NCBI GenBank assembly: GCA_937903035.1
Contig: CALCZP010000004.1
Coordinates: 181,506-245,505 of the forward strand
From: an uncultured bacterium
GTDB lineage: Bacteria > Patescibacteriota > Minisyncoccia > Phycocordibacterales > UBA9973
Length of the DNA: 64,000 nt
Direction of reading: 5' to 3'
Made by a program: the position numbers and the translations under genes. Numbering within the stretch: the stretch's first letter is position 1; every line of letters begins with the position of its first letter. The notes below the pieces were generated by a model, which was not told the origin of the DNA, did not search any database, and saw nothing but the letters and a program-made list of their open reading frames with translations. This document shows, in pieces, positions 18,153 to 26,801 of the stretch.

Positions 18153-18764
18153 TTACATAGACATATAGACACTCCAACGTTTTGATCCTCGTTTGGTCAT
18201 CTTGCCCTCAGAGACAAGTGCACCGAGTTCGCGCTGTATTGTCTTCTCGGACAGCTCTGGAAAGATCGCAGCAATGTCCTTGATACCAGCACTCTTTCGG
18301 TCATTAATGAAGGACAAAATTGCTTGCTTACGATCAGTCTTTATTTCATTTGTTTTAGATATTTTTTTATCGGACAAACTGTTCTGAAGTGATGCGACCG
18401 ATGTACTAAAGGACGAGATTTTTTTAGCTGTACTATCGGACATTGTTGGGGTGGTTGCTGATACCGCAAATAGTGATCTGACGTCACTCTGACCATCGAG
18501 TACTGAAGTGACGAAATGTCTGACTTCGAGCAAAATGATGGACGCATTTTTCTCTGATACTAGACCTGCCATAACTGCCCCTCCAAGCAACATATCAACT
18601 CGATCACGAACGTGTGGGATTGCAGCAGCATCACTTCGGACAAGCGCGAGTGCCTCGGTTCTGATGGCGACCTTGAGTGGATCAGTATCAGACAAATGCC
18701 CGGTAACTAAATACAAGGCAGCTACAATTTTTTGTCCTTTTGTTTTGTCTATTAGATTTTCCAT
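18153..18764 (-). CDS. protein with an N-terminal helical domain and a C-terminal DeoR-like wHTH
   Basis: RKQAILSFI...IKDIAAIFPELSEKTIQRELGALVSEG...GSKRWSVY. Confidence 0.8.
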   Translation of the reverse strand: MENLIDKTKGQKIVAALYLVTGHLSDTDPLKVAIRTEALALVRSDAAAIPHVRDRVDMLLGGAVMAGLVSEKNASIILLEVRHFVTSVLDGQSDVRSLFAVSATTPTMSDSTAKKISSFSTSVASLQNSLSDKKISKTNEIKTDRKQAILSFINDRKSAGIKDIAAIFPELSEKTIQRELGALVSEGKMTKRGSKRWSVYMSM

Positions 18765-18891
18765 ATGTTTTTAAACCTAAATTTAGATTGCGAGATTGTC
18801 TCTTATAAATACGTTCTTGTCCATGAGATTGTTCTTTCGGACATCAGTATAGAGGACAGGTGTCCCTTGTTGCAAGGTCATGTCCGTGTCC
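18159..18891. repeat. dense array of GGACA/TGTCC (and AGACA/TGTCT) pentamers across the wHTH gene and its promoter
   Basis: GGACA/TGTCC at 18249, 18275, 18312, 18372, 18438, 18733, 18818, 18839, 18854, 18861, 18881, 18887. Palindrome GGACA-GG-TGTCC at 18854-18865. Confidence 0.65.
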
Positions 18892-18956
18892 AAATTATCC
18901 TTATACTGTAATGGTTTTTCCCGATACGAGTGATATACTATGAGAGCATTTTCTGT

Positions 18957-21128
18957 ATGGCAAAGAAACCAAATCCCCCGAAAAAAAATCAGGCCTCAAG
19001 CTCAACAAACCATGTTGTTATCGGCCTTCTCCTCCTATTACTAGCACTGATTGCAGCAGGTGGACTCGTTGGTGCAGCAGGTATTGGAGGGCTTGTTATC
19101 GCCCGCGGTGCACGCATACTCTTTGGGTATGGAGAGGTGCTTCTCCCGCTGTCACTTGCGACTGCAGGCGTCCTGGTCATCCGCAAACGATCTCTTGGTG
19201 CAACTCCTCGTGAATATAGTAGTGCAGCAGTTGGACTCCTCTCACTCCTCGCGCTCCTCTCAATGGTAAGCGCTGTTGGTGGCGGACTATTTGGCAAGAT
19301 TCTCGCACTCCCACTCATGAGTGCATTTGATGCCACATTTGCAGGTATCGTACTCGCCTTTTTGACCGCAGGATCGTTCATCGTATTCTTTGACCAGACA
19401 CCAAATCTCTTCCCGTTTTTTGCGAAGGTTTGGGAACGTCTGAGTGGCAATACCTCACGCACAAGCGATGATGAAGATGAGCTCCTTGATGATGAAGAAG
19501 CACTCCCTGTTGCACGACCTGTTGCAGCGGCAATGGCAGAGGCTACCCCTAGAAAAGAAGTCCCTCGTGACTTCAAAGTAACCGACGGAAATACTGAAAA
19601 AGAAGAGTTCCAAATCGACACTAAAAAGAAGCGTGGCAATGGTACCTACACCCCTCCTCCGGTATCACTCCTCGAAGGTGATCGCGGTAAGGCAAATGTG
19701 GGTGATGTAAAAGCAAATGCCAACATCATCAGACGGACCCTCTCGAACTTCGGTATCGAAGTTGAAATGGACGAAGTCACCATCGGTCCGACCGTCACTC
19801 GATATGCACTCAAGCCGGCCCAAGGTGTCAAACTTTCTCGTATTGTCGGTCTCCAAAATGACCTCGCGCTTTCACTCGCAGCACACCCACTGCGTATCGA
19901 AGCCCCAATCCCAGGCAAGTCTCTCGTGGGTATTGAGATTCCAAACAAGAGCAAGGCAACCGTTGGTCTCGCAAGCCTCATTTCTGATCCAGCATTCCAT
20001 GTTGATGCGCCACTACTCGCAGCTATTGGTCGCAACATTGCCGGCAAGCCGGTGTACTACTCGATTGCAAAGATGCCACACCTCCTCATCGCAGGTACGA
20101 CTGGATCTGGTAAATCAGTGACTATTCATGCCATCATCTCATCCCTCATCTACCGCCATGGACCGGATGACCTACGCTTTATTTTCGTTGACCCAAAGCG
20201 CGTTGAGCTCACCCTCTACAATGGTATTCCACACCTCCTCACTCCAGTGATCACTGAACCAAAGAAAGCAATCCTCTCACTCAAGTGGGCAGCAACCGAG
20301 ATGAATCGCCGCTATGACATTCTTGAATCTGAGAGTGTGCGCGATATCGTCAGCTATCACAAAAAGCATGCTGCCGAGTTTGCAAAGCCTGCGACTGACG
20401 ACGCAGATGCGCACGACCGCATGCCATACATCGTCATCATCATCGATGAGCTCGCAGATATTATGCAGGCATATCCTCGTGAACTCGAAGCAGCTATTGT
20501 TCGCCTTGCGCAGATGTCCCGAGCTGTGGGTATCCACCTCATCCTCTCAACCCAGCGCCCTGAAGTGAACGTCATTACGGGTCTGATTAAGGCAAACGTA
20601 CCATCTCGTATTGCCCTTCGTGTGCCGACCGGTATCGACTCTCGTACCATTTTGGATACAACTGGTGCTGAAAAACTCCTCGGTCAAGGTGATATGCTCG
20701 CACTCGTTGGTACAAGCCAAGCAGAACGTATTCAATCAGCATTCATCACTGAAGATGAGGTCAAGAACGTCGTGAAGCACCTCAAGAACGCCTTTAAGGA
20801 CGAGCTCCCTGACATGATCGAACTCTCAGGCAACATTGCTGGTGAAAAGAGTATGTTCAGTGACGACATGGGCGAAGGCGGCTCTGATGACGATGCACTC
20901 TATGAGGAAGCTCGTATGATAGTGATTGAAGCAGGCAAAGCCTCTACCTCATACATTCAACGCAAGCTCAAAGTCGGCTATGCACGTGCAGCACGCCTCA
21001 TGGATATGCTTGAAGAACGTGGGATTATCGGTGCGTCAGATGGTGCAAAGCCTCGTGAGGTGCTCGATAGTAGTAATGGTCGTGGGTCATCAACTGTCGA
21101 CCAAGTAGCCGAAGACATGGGTCTCTAA
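18957..21128 (+). CDS. ftsK: DNA translocase FtsK/SpoIIIE
   Basis: N-terminal TMs, GPTVTRY, MPHLLIAGTTGSGKS, IIIDELAD, TQRP, gamma domain ASTSYIQRKLKVGYARAARLMD. Confidence 0.97.
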   Translation: MAKKPNPPKKNQASSSTNHVVIGLLLLLLALIAAGGLVGAAGIGGLVIARGARILFGYGEVLLPLSLATAGVLVIRKRSLGATPREYSSAAVGLLSLLALLSMVSAVGGGLFGKILALPLMSAFDATFAGIVLAFLTAGSFIVFFDQTPNLFPFFAKVWERLSGNTSRTSDDEDELLDDEEALPVARPVAAAMAEATPRKEVPRDFKVTDGNTEKEEFQIDTKKKRGNGTYTPPPVSLLEGDRGKANVGDVKANANIIRRTLSNFGIEVEMDEVTIGPTVTRYALKPAQGVKLSRIVGLQNDLALSLAAHPLRIEAPIPGKSLVGIEIPNKSKATVGLASLISDPAFHVDAPLLAAIGRNIAGKPVYYSIAKMPHLLIAGTTGSGKSVTIHAIISSLIYRHGPDDLRFIFVDPKRVELTLYNGIPHLLTPVITEPKKAILSLKWAATEMNRRYDILESESVRDIVSYHKKHAAEFAKPATDDADAHDRMPYIVIIIDELADIMQAYPRELEAAIVRLAQMSRAVGIHLILSTQRPEVNVITGLIKANVPSRIALRVPTGIDSRTILDTTGAEKLLGQGDMLALVGTSQAERIQSAFITEDEVKNVVKHLKNAFKDELPDMIELSGNIAGEKSMFSDDMGEGGSDDDALYEEARMIVIEAGKASTSYIQRKLKVGYARAARLMDMLEERGIIGASDGAKPREVLDSSNGRGSSTVDQVAEDMGL

Positions 21129-21133
21129 CTTCT

Positions 21134-21535
21134 ATGATGAACCGAATCAACCACCAACAACTCACCCTTCCAAAAATCCTGCTCTACACCGCAGGTATTG
21201 CGCTTGCTAGTCTCGTCTTCTACAACAGCAAGGATATGATCTTTGGTGCACCGCTACGCGTTGAGACGGTGGCAGATGGTACAACACTCGAAGATCCGTT
21301 TCTTCCGATAAGTGGTGTTGCAGGCCATGCACGAGAGCTTGCCATCAACGGCCGATCTGTGGCATTGGACCGTAAGGGTAATTTTCATGACGGCGTTCTC
21401 CTTTCCCCAGGGTATAATGTGGTAGAGGTAGCCCTCAAGGACCAATTTGGTAACCGAAAGGTCAAAACATACCACCTCGTCGTACAAGAGAGCGCATCGG
21501 TTGCAGTAGCGTCGAGCGAGCAGTATCAACAATAA
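21134..21535 (+). CDS. membrane-anchored protein with an Ig-like (glucodextranase-B-like) domain
   Basis: TM helix then ISG.A....L.ING..V.....G.F...V.L.PGYN.V.V...D.FGN. Confidence 0.65.
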   Translation: MMNRINHQQLTLPKILLYTAGIALASLVFYNSKDMIFGAPLRVETVADGTTLEDPFLPISGVAGHARELAINGRSVALDRKGNFHDGVLLSPGYNVVEVALKDQFGNRKVKTYHLVVQESASVAVASSEQYQQ

Positions 21536-21545
21536 TTTCAATTTT

Positions 21546-22592
21546 ATGGCAGTCAAAAAAGCAAAAGCAGCAAAGGAAACAAACTCCTCTATCGAGGATA
21601 CTATTAAGAGTATTCAGACCAAGTTTGGTGAAGGTGCGATCATGAAGCTCGGTGAATCCCCAAAAGTCGACATCAGTACCGTCCCTACTGGGTCAATCGG
21701 TCTAGATATCGCACTTGGGATTGGTGGTATGCCTCGCGGCCGTATCATTGAGATCTTTGGCCCTGAATCCTCTGGTAAGACAACACTTGCGCTCCATGTT
21801 GTCGCAGAAGCACAAAAGATAGGTGGTATCTGTGCATATATCGATGCTGAACACGCAATGGACCCAGACTACGCTGGCAAGATCGGGGTGAATATCAACG
21901 AACTACTTATCTCGCAGCCTGATACTGGTGAGCAAGGGCTTGAGATCTGTGAGTCACTTGTACGCTCTGGCAAGATCGACGTCATTGTTGTTGACTCTGT
22001 CGCCGCTCTCACACCAAAGGATGAGATCGAAGGTGATATGGGTCAGCAGCACATGGGTAAACAGGCTCGTCTCATGTCCCAAGCGCTCCGCAAGCTCACT
22101 GCTATCGTCCACAAGTCCAAAACCATCGTGATCTTTATCAACCAGATCCGTATGCAGATCGGTGTCATGTTCGGTAACCCTGAGACGACTCCAGGTGGTA
22201 AAGCACTCAAGTTCTACACCTCGATCCGTCTTGATATCCGTCGTATTGCCCAGATCAAAAAAGGCGAAGAAGTTGTCGGCTCTCGCACACGCGTCAAAGT
22301 GGTCAAAAACAAGGTTGCTGCGCCATTTAAGCAGACTGAGTTTGATATTATCTATGGCGAAGGTATCTCTCTCGAAGGTGAACTCCTCGCACTCGGTGAG
22401 AAGCTTGGTGTGGTGACTAAGAGCGGTACCTCGTACTCCTACACCCCCGAAGGTAAAGAAGAGGTAAAACTCGGCCGTGGCTATGACGCTTCCCGTGTAT
22501 TCATGCGTGAGAATCCAAAGGTACGTGATGCCATCACCAAAGACGTCCGTAAGCGCATGAAGGACGTGGTAATGGAAAGCTCTGGCGAGTAA
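21546..22592 (+). CDS. recA: recombinase RecA
   Basis: [39 protein letters not shown]. Confidence 0.99.
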   Translation: MAVKKAKAAKETNSSIEDTIKSIQTKFGEGAIMKLGESPKVDISTVPTGSIGLDIALGIGGMPRGRIIEIFGPESSGKTTLALHVVAEAQKIGGICAYIDAEHAMDPDYAGKIGVNINELLISQPDTGEQGLEICESLVRSGKIDVIVVDSVAALTPKDEIEGDMGQQHMGKQARLMSQALRKLTAIVHKSKTIVIFINQIRMQIGVMFGNPETTPGGKALKFYTSIRLDIRRIAQIKKGEEVVGSRTRVKVVKNKVAAPFKQTEFDIIYGEGISLEGELLALGEKLGVVTKSGTSYSYTPEGKEEVKLGRGYDASRVFMRENPKVRDAITKDVRKRMKDVVMESSGE

Positions 22593-22687
22593 TACCCAAC
22601 CCCCCTTTAAAATATTTGACAAAAAGCGCATAATATTGCGTTTTTTGTATTTATATGGTTTACTTAGAGAAATAAAACGATAGTACT

Positions 22688-23221
22688 ATGACAATTGAAA
22701 AACCTCCGACAAGACTTGAACTTATGACAGCAGCAGCACATTTAGATTATATGGGATTTCCTGCTCGGTATATCCGATATGTGGAACCCTACGAATCAGT
22801 CGATGAGAAGCTCCAAGATGCACTCGTTGCTCATGGAGTAGTTATGGAATATGCAACAATGATCACTCGGATTATTGAATCATATCTTTCAAGAAGTTTC
22901 TTTATACCTCCCTTCTTTGAATTAAAAGATGAGAGAAGTGCATTTTATAAGAAACTTCCGGACAATGTGCTTGGTATAATCAACAATTCAAACACAAGAA
23001 AAAGTCAACAAGAACATGTTGTTTCTGCATTAAATTTTCTGCTAGAAAGCACTCCATCATGCCAGCAGCTTGCAAAAGAAATCAAACAAAGCTTTTACGA
23101 TTTTGAATGGGAAAAAGACACTAAAAACGCAAAAGTTTTAATTGCTCATACCGAATCATTTCGGGAGCATCTGTTAAAGCTATGCTTTATGTTTACTACA
23201 CATACTTCATTATTGGAGTAA
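22688..23221 (+). CDS. hypothetical AT-rich protein
   Basis: 177-aa ORF with upstream TTGACA (22616) and a downstream terminator. Confidence 0.6.
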   Translation: MTIEKPPTRLELMTAAAHLDYMGFPARYIRYVEPYESVDEKLQDALVAHGVVMEYATMITRIIESYLSRSFFIPPFFELKDERSAFYKKLPDNVLGIINNSNTRKSQQEHVVSALNFLLESTPSCQQLAKEIKQSFYDFEWEKDTKNAKVLIAHTESFREHLLKLCFMFTTHTSLLE

Positions 23222-23228
23222 CACGACC

Positions 23229-23258
23229 AATCCCCTCTATAAATATATAGAGGGGATT
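23229..23258. terminator. intrinsic terminator
   Basis: AATCCCCTCTATA-AATA-TATAGAGGGGATT followed by a T-tract. Confidence 0.8.
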
Positions 23259-23302
23259 TTTTTATTGGACTTTTAACGTTAATTTGGCTACAATCTCGTT
23301 CT

Positions 23303-23884
23303 ATGGCAATGCTTGAATACAGCGAAGTTCGCGAACACAAAATTATCCTTTGGGAAGGTCAACCGTACGAGGTCATTACTTCGCACGTCTTTCGCAAGCA
23401 GCAGCGCAAGCCGGTGAATGCGACCAAGCTCAAGAACCTTATTACCGGCCGTGTGGCTGAGATTTCATTCGCTTCATCTGACAAGGTTGAGGAGGCTGAT
23501 ATCATCACCCGCCCGATGATCTACCTCTACAAGACCAAGACTGAGGTCTGGATCTGCGATGTAAAGGATCGCAGTGCACGTTCATCGATCAAGATGGATG
23601 TGGTCGGCGACAAGCTGAAGTTCATCAAAGAAAACTCTGAGATCGAGCTCATCATCTTTACCAACGACGATGACGAAGAGCAGATCATTGGTATCAAAGT
23701 ACCGATCAAGGTAGAGCTCGAAGTCACCGAAGCTCCTCCTGCAATCAAGGGTGCAAGTGTCACTGGTGGCAACAAAGTCGCGACTGTTGAGACTGGTGCA
23801 AATGTCCAAGTCCCCCTCTTTGTGGAAGTCGGCGATCGCATCAAGATCAACACTGAAACTGGAGAATATACGGAGCGAGCATAA
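23303..23884 (+). CDS. efp: elongation factor P
   Basis: TKLKNLITG, P..VELEVTEAPP..KG, KVATVETGA.VQVPLFV..GDRIKINTETGEY. Confidence 0.95.
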   Translation: MAMLEYSEVREHKIILWEGQPYEVITSHVFRKQQRKPVNATKLKNLITGRVAEISFASSDKVEEADIITRPMIYLYKTKTEVWICDVKDRSARSSIKMDVVGDKLKFIKENSEIELIIFTNDDDEEQIIGIKVPIKVELEVTEAPPAIKGASVTGGNKVATVETGANVQVPLFVEVGDRIKINTETGEYTERA

Positions 23885-23896
23885 CTCATATACATA

Positions 23897-23927
23897 AACA
23901 AAAACCGCCCGGATGGGCGGTTTTTGT
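23897..23927. terminator. bidirectional terminator between efp and rpsR
   Basis: CAAAAACCGCCC-GGAT-GGGCGGTTTTTG. Confidence 0.85.
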
Positions 23928-23934
23928 GTTTTGT

Positions 23935-24135
23935 TTAGTACGTTACAAATGGGAGGAGTCCCATGAAGCGAGAGCGTTTGACGGCTTCACTTACCATACG
24001 CTGATTCTTCGCTGACAAACCGGTGCGCTTGCGAGGCAAGATGCGGCCGTTTGGGTTGAGGAATCGCTTGAGGTTGTCTACATCCTTGTAGTCAACAAAG
24101 CGGATGTTGTTTGCGTTAAAGTAGTCGTTTTTCAT
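23935..24135 (-). CDS. rpsR: 30S ribosomal protein bS18 (zinc-free type)
   Basis: VDYKDV..LKRF....[15 protein letters not shown]....AVKRSR.MGLLPF. Confidence 0.97.
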   Translation of the reverse strand: MKNDYFNANNIRFVDYKDVDNLKRFLNPNGRILPRKRTGLSAKNQRMVSEAVKRSRFMGLLPFVTY

Positions 24136-24137
24136 AA

Positions 24138-24605
24138 TTAGAATGGGATATCTTCAAGGTTGATCTCTTCATCGGGGTACTCAATGGTATCGAGGTCTGC
24201 CGGAGCTTGCTTTTGTGGAGCTTCTGCGTCTGACACAGCACTCATTGGAGCCGCACTCGGTCCACCACCCATACCAGAAGACTTGGCGCCAAACTGGAAA
24301 GTATCGAGGATGATTTCGGTACGGTAGTTTTTCTTGCCGTCCTGACCATCCCAACTGCGCGTCTGGAGACGTCCTTCGATCATGAGTGAGCTTCCCTTGC
24401 GAGCGTACTGCGCAAGCGTTTCCGCCTGACGTCCGAATGCCACTACATTGTGATATTCGGTCGCTTCTTTGCGAGCGCCTTGGGCGTCTTTCCATACACG
24501 GTTGGTAGCGAGCGAGATGCTTGCGACTTTAGTGCCGGTTGCGATCGCCTTGAGTTCAGGATCACGAGTAAGGTTGCCGATGAGGAGTACTTTGTTGAGA
24601 TACAT
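24138..24605 (-). CDS. ssb: single-stranded DNA-binding protein
   Basis: [15 protein letters not shown]...EGRLQTRSW...EDIPF. Confidence 0.98.
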   Translation of the reverse strand: MYLNKVLLIGNLTRDPELKAIATGTKVASISLATNRVWKDAQGARKEATEYHNVVAFGRQAETLAQYARKGSSLMIEGRLQTRSWDGQDGKKNYRTEIILDTFQFGAKSSGMGGGPSAAPMSAVSDAEAPQKQAPADLDTIEYPDEEINLEDIPF

Positions 24606-24614
24606 ATCTGATAT

Positions 24615-25127
24615 TTATGCTTCGGTTGAAGCGTTATCCGCTGCTACTTCTGCTTCAAGATCAGGAAGCTTTTCGTGGTCTGATTTCATGTCATCAGCAT
24701 CATCTGCTGCGACCTCTTCTTCGACCGCGAGTTCTTCTTCCACATCCATTGCAAAACCTCGCTTTGGTTCTACTTTTGGCTTTTTAAAGACAATCGTGTT
24801 TTCAGCACTTGTCTTCACTAGTATATACCGAACGAGTGGGATGATACCATCGAGGGTCTTTTTCAATGATTCAAGTGCACTTGGCTCAGCCTCAAATTTG
24901 AGTGAACCAAAGTATCCTTGGTTGTACTTGAATTTCTTGCTCGCAACATCCTTTTCCATGGTGTATGCAAGGTCGATGAATTCTGCTGTACCTTCGCTAA
25001 CTATGGTACCTTCGAGCGCGGTGATTGCACTTACGAGTGCTACTACCTGCTCTGACACTTCTGTCTCAACGACAGTCGGAGCAAAGATGTACCCAAGCTC
25101 GTACGTACGTGTGTTTTTTTCTGACAT
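24615..25127 (-). CDS. rpsF: 30S ribosomal protein bS6 with acidic C-terminal tail
   Basis: RTYELGYIF...LAY.M......GYF; first gene of the rpsF-ssb-rpsR operon. Confidence 0.9.
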   Translation of the reverse strand: MSEKNTRTYELGYIFAPTVVETEVSEQVVALVSAITALEGTIVSEGTAEFIDLAYTMEKDVASKKFKYNQGYFGSLKFEAEPSALESLKKTLDGIIPLVRYILVKTSAENTIVFKKPKVEPKRGFAMDVEEELAVEEEVAADDADDMKSDHEKLPDLEAEVAADNASTEA

Positions 25128-25154
25128 CAGAATAAGAACTATTTCAGAACAAAT

Positions 25155-25217
25155 TGAATATATGGTCGCGAGGACTGTCTGAGCCGAATGGCGACTTCCG
25201 CAGCGGACATATATTCA
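25155..25217 (-). repeat. dispersed hairpin element, copy 1
   Basis: Core TGCGGAAGTCGCCATTCGGCTCAGACAGTCCTCG (rc of 25169-25202) inside the stem TGAATATATG...CATATATTCA. 30/34 identical to 50821-50854. Confidence 0.75.
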
Positions 25218-25256
25218 GATTTGAGAAGAAATAGGTTTGATTTACTTGTTAAAATG

Positions 25257-25314
25257 AGCCCGCTTCGGACCATGCATCCCAGGGACTGTGCCAAAGGACG
25301 AACGGGGGCTACCG
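25257..25314 (-). promoter_or_regulatory. possible S6:S18 leader hairpin
   Basis: AGCCCCCGTTCG-TCCTTTGG...GGTC-CGAAGCGGGCT stem with a CC-containing internal loop, upstream of rpsF. Confidence 0.35.
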
Positions 25315-25331
25315 GGCAATACTACCCCAGA

Positions 25332-26123
25332 TTAGGCGTTTTGTAAATTAAACAGGTTTTGGACGTTTTGGAGAAGTTGGACCTCGGTTTCCTCAAGTGA
25401 AATACCCTTGATTTCAGACACTTTTTTCACCACTTCGACGACATATGCAGGCTCGTTGCGGCGACCTCGATATGGGATTGGAGCTGCAAACGGCGCATCG
25501 GTTTCCGAGAGAATACGATCGATTGGGACATACCTTACTATCTCTTCATATTCAGGGAATATCGTAATCACACCAGAAAATGAAATGTGGAATCCCAGAT
25601 CAAGAAACCGCTTCGCAATCTCCGTACTACCCACAAAGAAATGCGCGGTGCCACGCATGGTCGGCCATACCTCCTTGTGTGACTCGAGCATATCAAGTGC
25701 ATCTTCGTAGGCAGTCATCGTGCCCTGCTCCGGTCTAATATGAAGCATAAGCGGTAGATCGAGCTCTACAGCAAGCGCGATCTGCGCAGCAAAGAGTCTT
25801 CGCTGCTCATCAATATGTGCACGCTCATCAGGTCGGAAATAGTCAAGCCCACACTCCCCAACTCCAACTACACGAGATTTAGTCGCAAGCTCTTTCATTG
25901 CCTCAGCATTCCATGGAGTTGCCCACTCAGTCGGATGCTGCCCGACGATTGCCCAGATAGTGTCATGAGTATGTGCGAGATCTACTGCAAACGCACTTGT
26001 TGCTTCATCAATACCGATACAAATTGTACCCACTCCAGCTTCTACCATTCGCGCGATTGCATCCTCGCGATCAGCATCAAATTGGGAGAGATTGAAATGT
26101 GAATGAGTGTCAATTACTTTCAT
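25332..26123 (-). CDS. tatD: TatD family deoxyribonuclease
   Basis: IDTHSH, GQHP, VGECGLDY, LHIR, HFF, ETDAPF, RNEP. Confidence 0.95.
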   Translation of the reverse strand: MKVIDTHSHFNLSQFDADREDAIARMVEAGVGTICIGIDEATSAFAVDLAHTHDTIWAIVGQHPTEWATPWNAEAMKELATKSRVVGVGECGLDYFRPDERAHIDEQRRLFAAQIALAVELDLPLMLHIRPEQGTMTAYEDALDMLESHKEVWPTMRGTAHFFVGSTEIAKRFLDLGFHISFSGVITIFPEYEEIVRYVPIDRILSETDAPFAAPIPYRGRRNEPAYVVEVVKKVSEIKGISLEETEVQLLQNVQNLFNLQNA

Positions 26124-26202
26124 CTAATGATTGTACTATACATCATAAATATTGACATAATATATTAAATATGTATAATAATATCAAACAAAACTTACAA
26201 TC

Positions 26203-26763
26203 ATGTCACTTGAAAAGAAATTCGAGAAAAACGGATGGTTCCCTATTCTCAAGAAAATAGATTTTGAAACAAGGGATCGCTTCGAAAAATACATCATCAA
26301 ACAGGAAGATGACTTAAAAATATTCTTCAATACAAGTGGTGGCGATGTAAACGTTGCATTGTCTATTGTTGATCTTATGAATTTATGGAAAAAAGTAGAA
26401 GGGAAAAAAGTCAAATCCTTTTGCTTGGGAGAGTGCAGCTCGGCAGGCCTTACCATCCTATCGTCATGTGATAATGAATTTAGAGAATGTGCACCAAACA
26501 CTCGTTTTTTATTTCATAGCCATTTTTATCGAGTAAACCTTCGACACAACTTAGGTCTTGAGGCAAACCAACAAGCACTCCTAAAACAATGGCAATGGTT
26601 TGAAAAAGCCATTAAACAAGAATCTGACGGCTTTAAACTTTCAGATGAAAAAATTATGGAATTAAGACAATTTGGAGAAAATCATTCTTATTCTCTCAAT
26701 CCAAATGAAGCAAAGGAGTTGGGTATCATTGCAAAGATAACGGATATGCCAAGCATTCTGTAA
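26203..26763 (+). CDS. divergent ClpP-like (S14) protease
   Basis: FNTSGGDV..AL.I.D.M, G.CSSAG..IL, PNTRFLFH, L...EAKELGII. Own promoter TTGACA-N16-TATAAT at 26152-26179. Confidence 0.75.
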   Translation: MSLEKKFEKNGWFPILKKIDFETRDRFEKYIIKQEDDLKIFFNTSGGDVNVALSIVDLMNLWKKVEGKKVKSFCLGECSSAGLTILSSCDNEFRECAPNTRFLFHSHFYRVNLRHNLGLEANQQALLKQWQWFEKAIKQESDGFKLSDEKIMELRQFGENHSYSLNPNEAKELGIIAKITDMPSIL

Positions 26764-26766
26764 AGC

Positions 26767-26798
26767 AAAACCTTCAGAGTAATACTCTGAAGGTTTTT
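26767..26798. terminator. bidirectional terminator
   Basis: AAAACCTTCAGAGT-AAT-ACTCTGAAGGTTTT. Confidence 0.85.
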
Positions 26799-26801
26799 TA
26801 T

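Noticed and set aside
18989-24900. Long antisense ORFs over ftsK, recA and rpsF-ssb
   Set aside because: Shadow ORFs produced by codon bias of conserved genes on the opposite strand.
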